DNA from: an uncultured cyanobacterium
GTDB lineage: Bacteria; Cyanobacteriota; Cyanobacteriia; Cyanobacteriales; Cyanobacteriaceae
Reading direction: 5' to 3'
Assembly: GCA_963710605.1 (NCBI GenBank)
Contig: CAVQBA010000004.1
Coordinates: 864,001 to 928,000 of the forward strand
Length of the DNA: 64,000 nucleotides
Position 1 is the first letter of the stretch. The number at the start of each line of letters is the position of its first letter. A program made the position numbers and the translations under genes. Below the pieces are notes generated by a model. The model was given only the letters and a program-made list of their open reading frames with translations. It did not search any database and had not been told where the DNA came from. Of this stretch, positions 63,522 to 64,000 are shown piece by piece.

Positions 63522-64000
63522 TTAATTATCAAGTACTTGATAACCTTGTAAATTTTCGGGATTTAACGATCGTAAAATAGTAGTTGCTTGTTTTTTAGTT
63601 GTGCCATCTCCTTTAACAATCAATAAATATTTACCTGCTTGAAGACGATTACGATAAGGTAAGACATCTCCACTGCTACCTTCGGCGAAACTAACACCAC
63701 CACCGACAAAAACACTACCCATAGCTCCACCAATAGCACCTAGAATACCACCAATAATGTGATTAAAAGGCTCACCCGCCCAACCAAAAGTATCGATCGT
63801 AGTAATAAGATCAAAAGTAAAACCGCCAAAAAAACCAAAGGGAATTAGCCAATAAGCCATCCGAATTGCATTGTTTTTCGCTTCTGTATTCGGATTAATA
63901 AAACCAAATTCATCAGCATTTTGATAACCTTCACCTAAAATTGAAATTTGCGGAGTCGGAATATTAGCTTGTTTTAACCGAGTATATGCTTCTTCTGCTT
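63522..64000 (-). CDS. Conserved cyanobacterial membrane protein (5' end outside the window)
   Basis: Frame stays open to the edge: AEEAYTRL...ISILGEGYQNADEFGFINP...MAYWLIPFGF...YRNRLQAGKYL. Confidence 0.8.
   Translation of the reverse strand, partial: AEEAYTRLKQANIPTPQISILGEGYQNADEFGFINPNTEAKNNAIRMAYWLIPFGFFGGFTFDLITTIDTFGWAGEPFNHIIGGILGAIGGAMGSVFVGGGVSFAEGSSGDVLPYRNRLQAGKYLLIVKGDGTTKKQATTILRSLNPENLQGYQVLDN

Overview
AT-rich chromosomal window from a unicellular cyanobacterium. Evidence: dense CGATCG/HIP1 sites, ycf46/ycf35, ndbB, PEP-CTERM, pentapeptide and Uma2 genes. A Cyanobacterium/Geminocystis-like organism is my inference. It is mostly housekeeping: ndbB, sbcC, three tRNAs, rplS-trnW-secE-nusG-rplK-rplA, a HelY-like helicase, recQ, iscS, purM, rlpA, remA and lipA. 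Highlights: (1) a diverged ~536-bp direct repeat (35781-36316 / 37670-38205) bounded by HIP1-like sites, bracketing a PEP-CTERM gene and a decayed dxr fragment missed by the ORF track; (2) a NgoPII-type GGCC restriction endonuclease fused in frame to an M.HaeIII-like C5 methyltransferase that is frameshifted at its catalytic Pro-Cys motif; (3) an ETR1-type ethylene-binding domain fused to PAS-GAF-GGDEF; (4) an ABC exporter-amidase-mtgA cassette with a +1 frameshift in the amidase tail; (5) a 1255-aa membrane protein with two candidate catalytic domains; (6) several small repeat families (GTAG-REP-like palindromes, TATAGC...GCTATA MITE-like elements, heptamer tandem repeats), some of which supply stop codons to adjacent genes. 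All family assignments come from motif recognition by eye; no searches were run.
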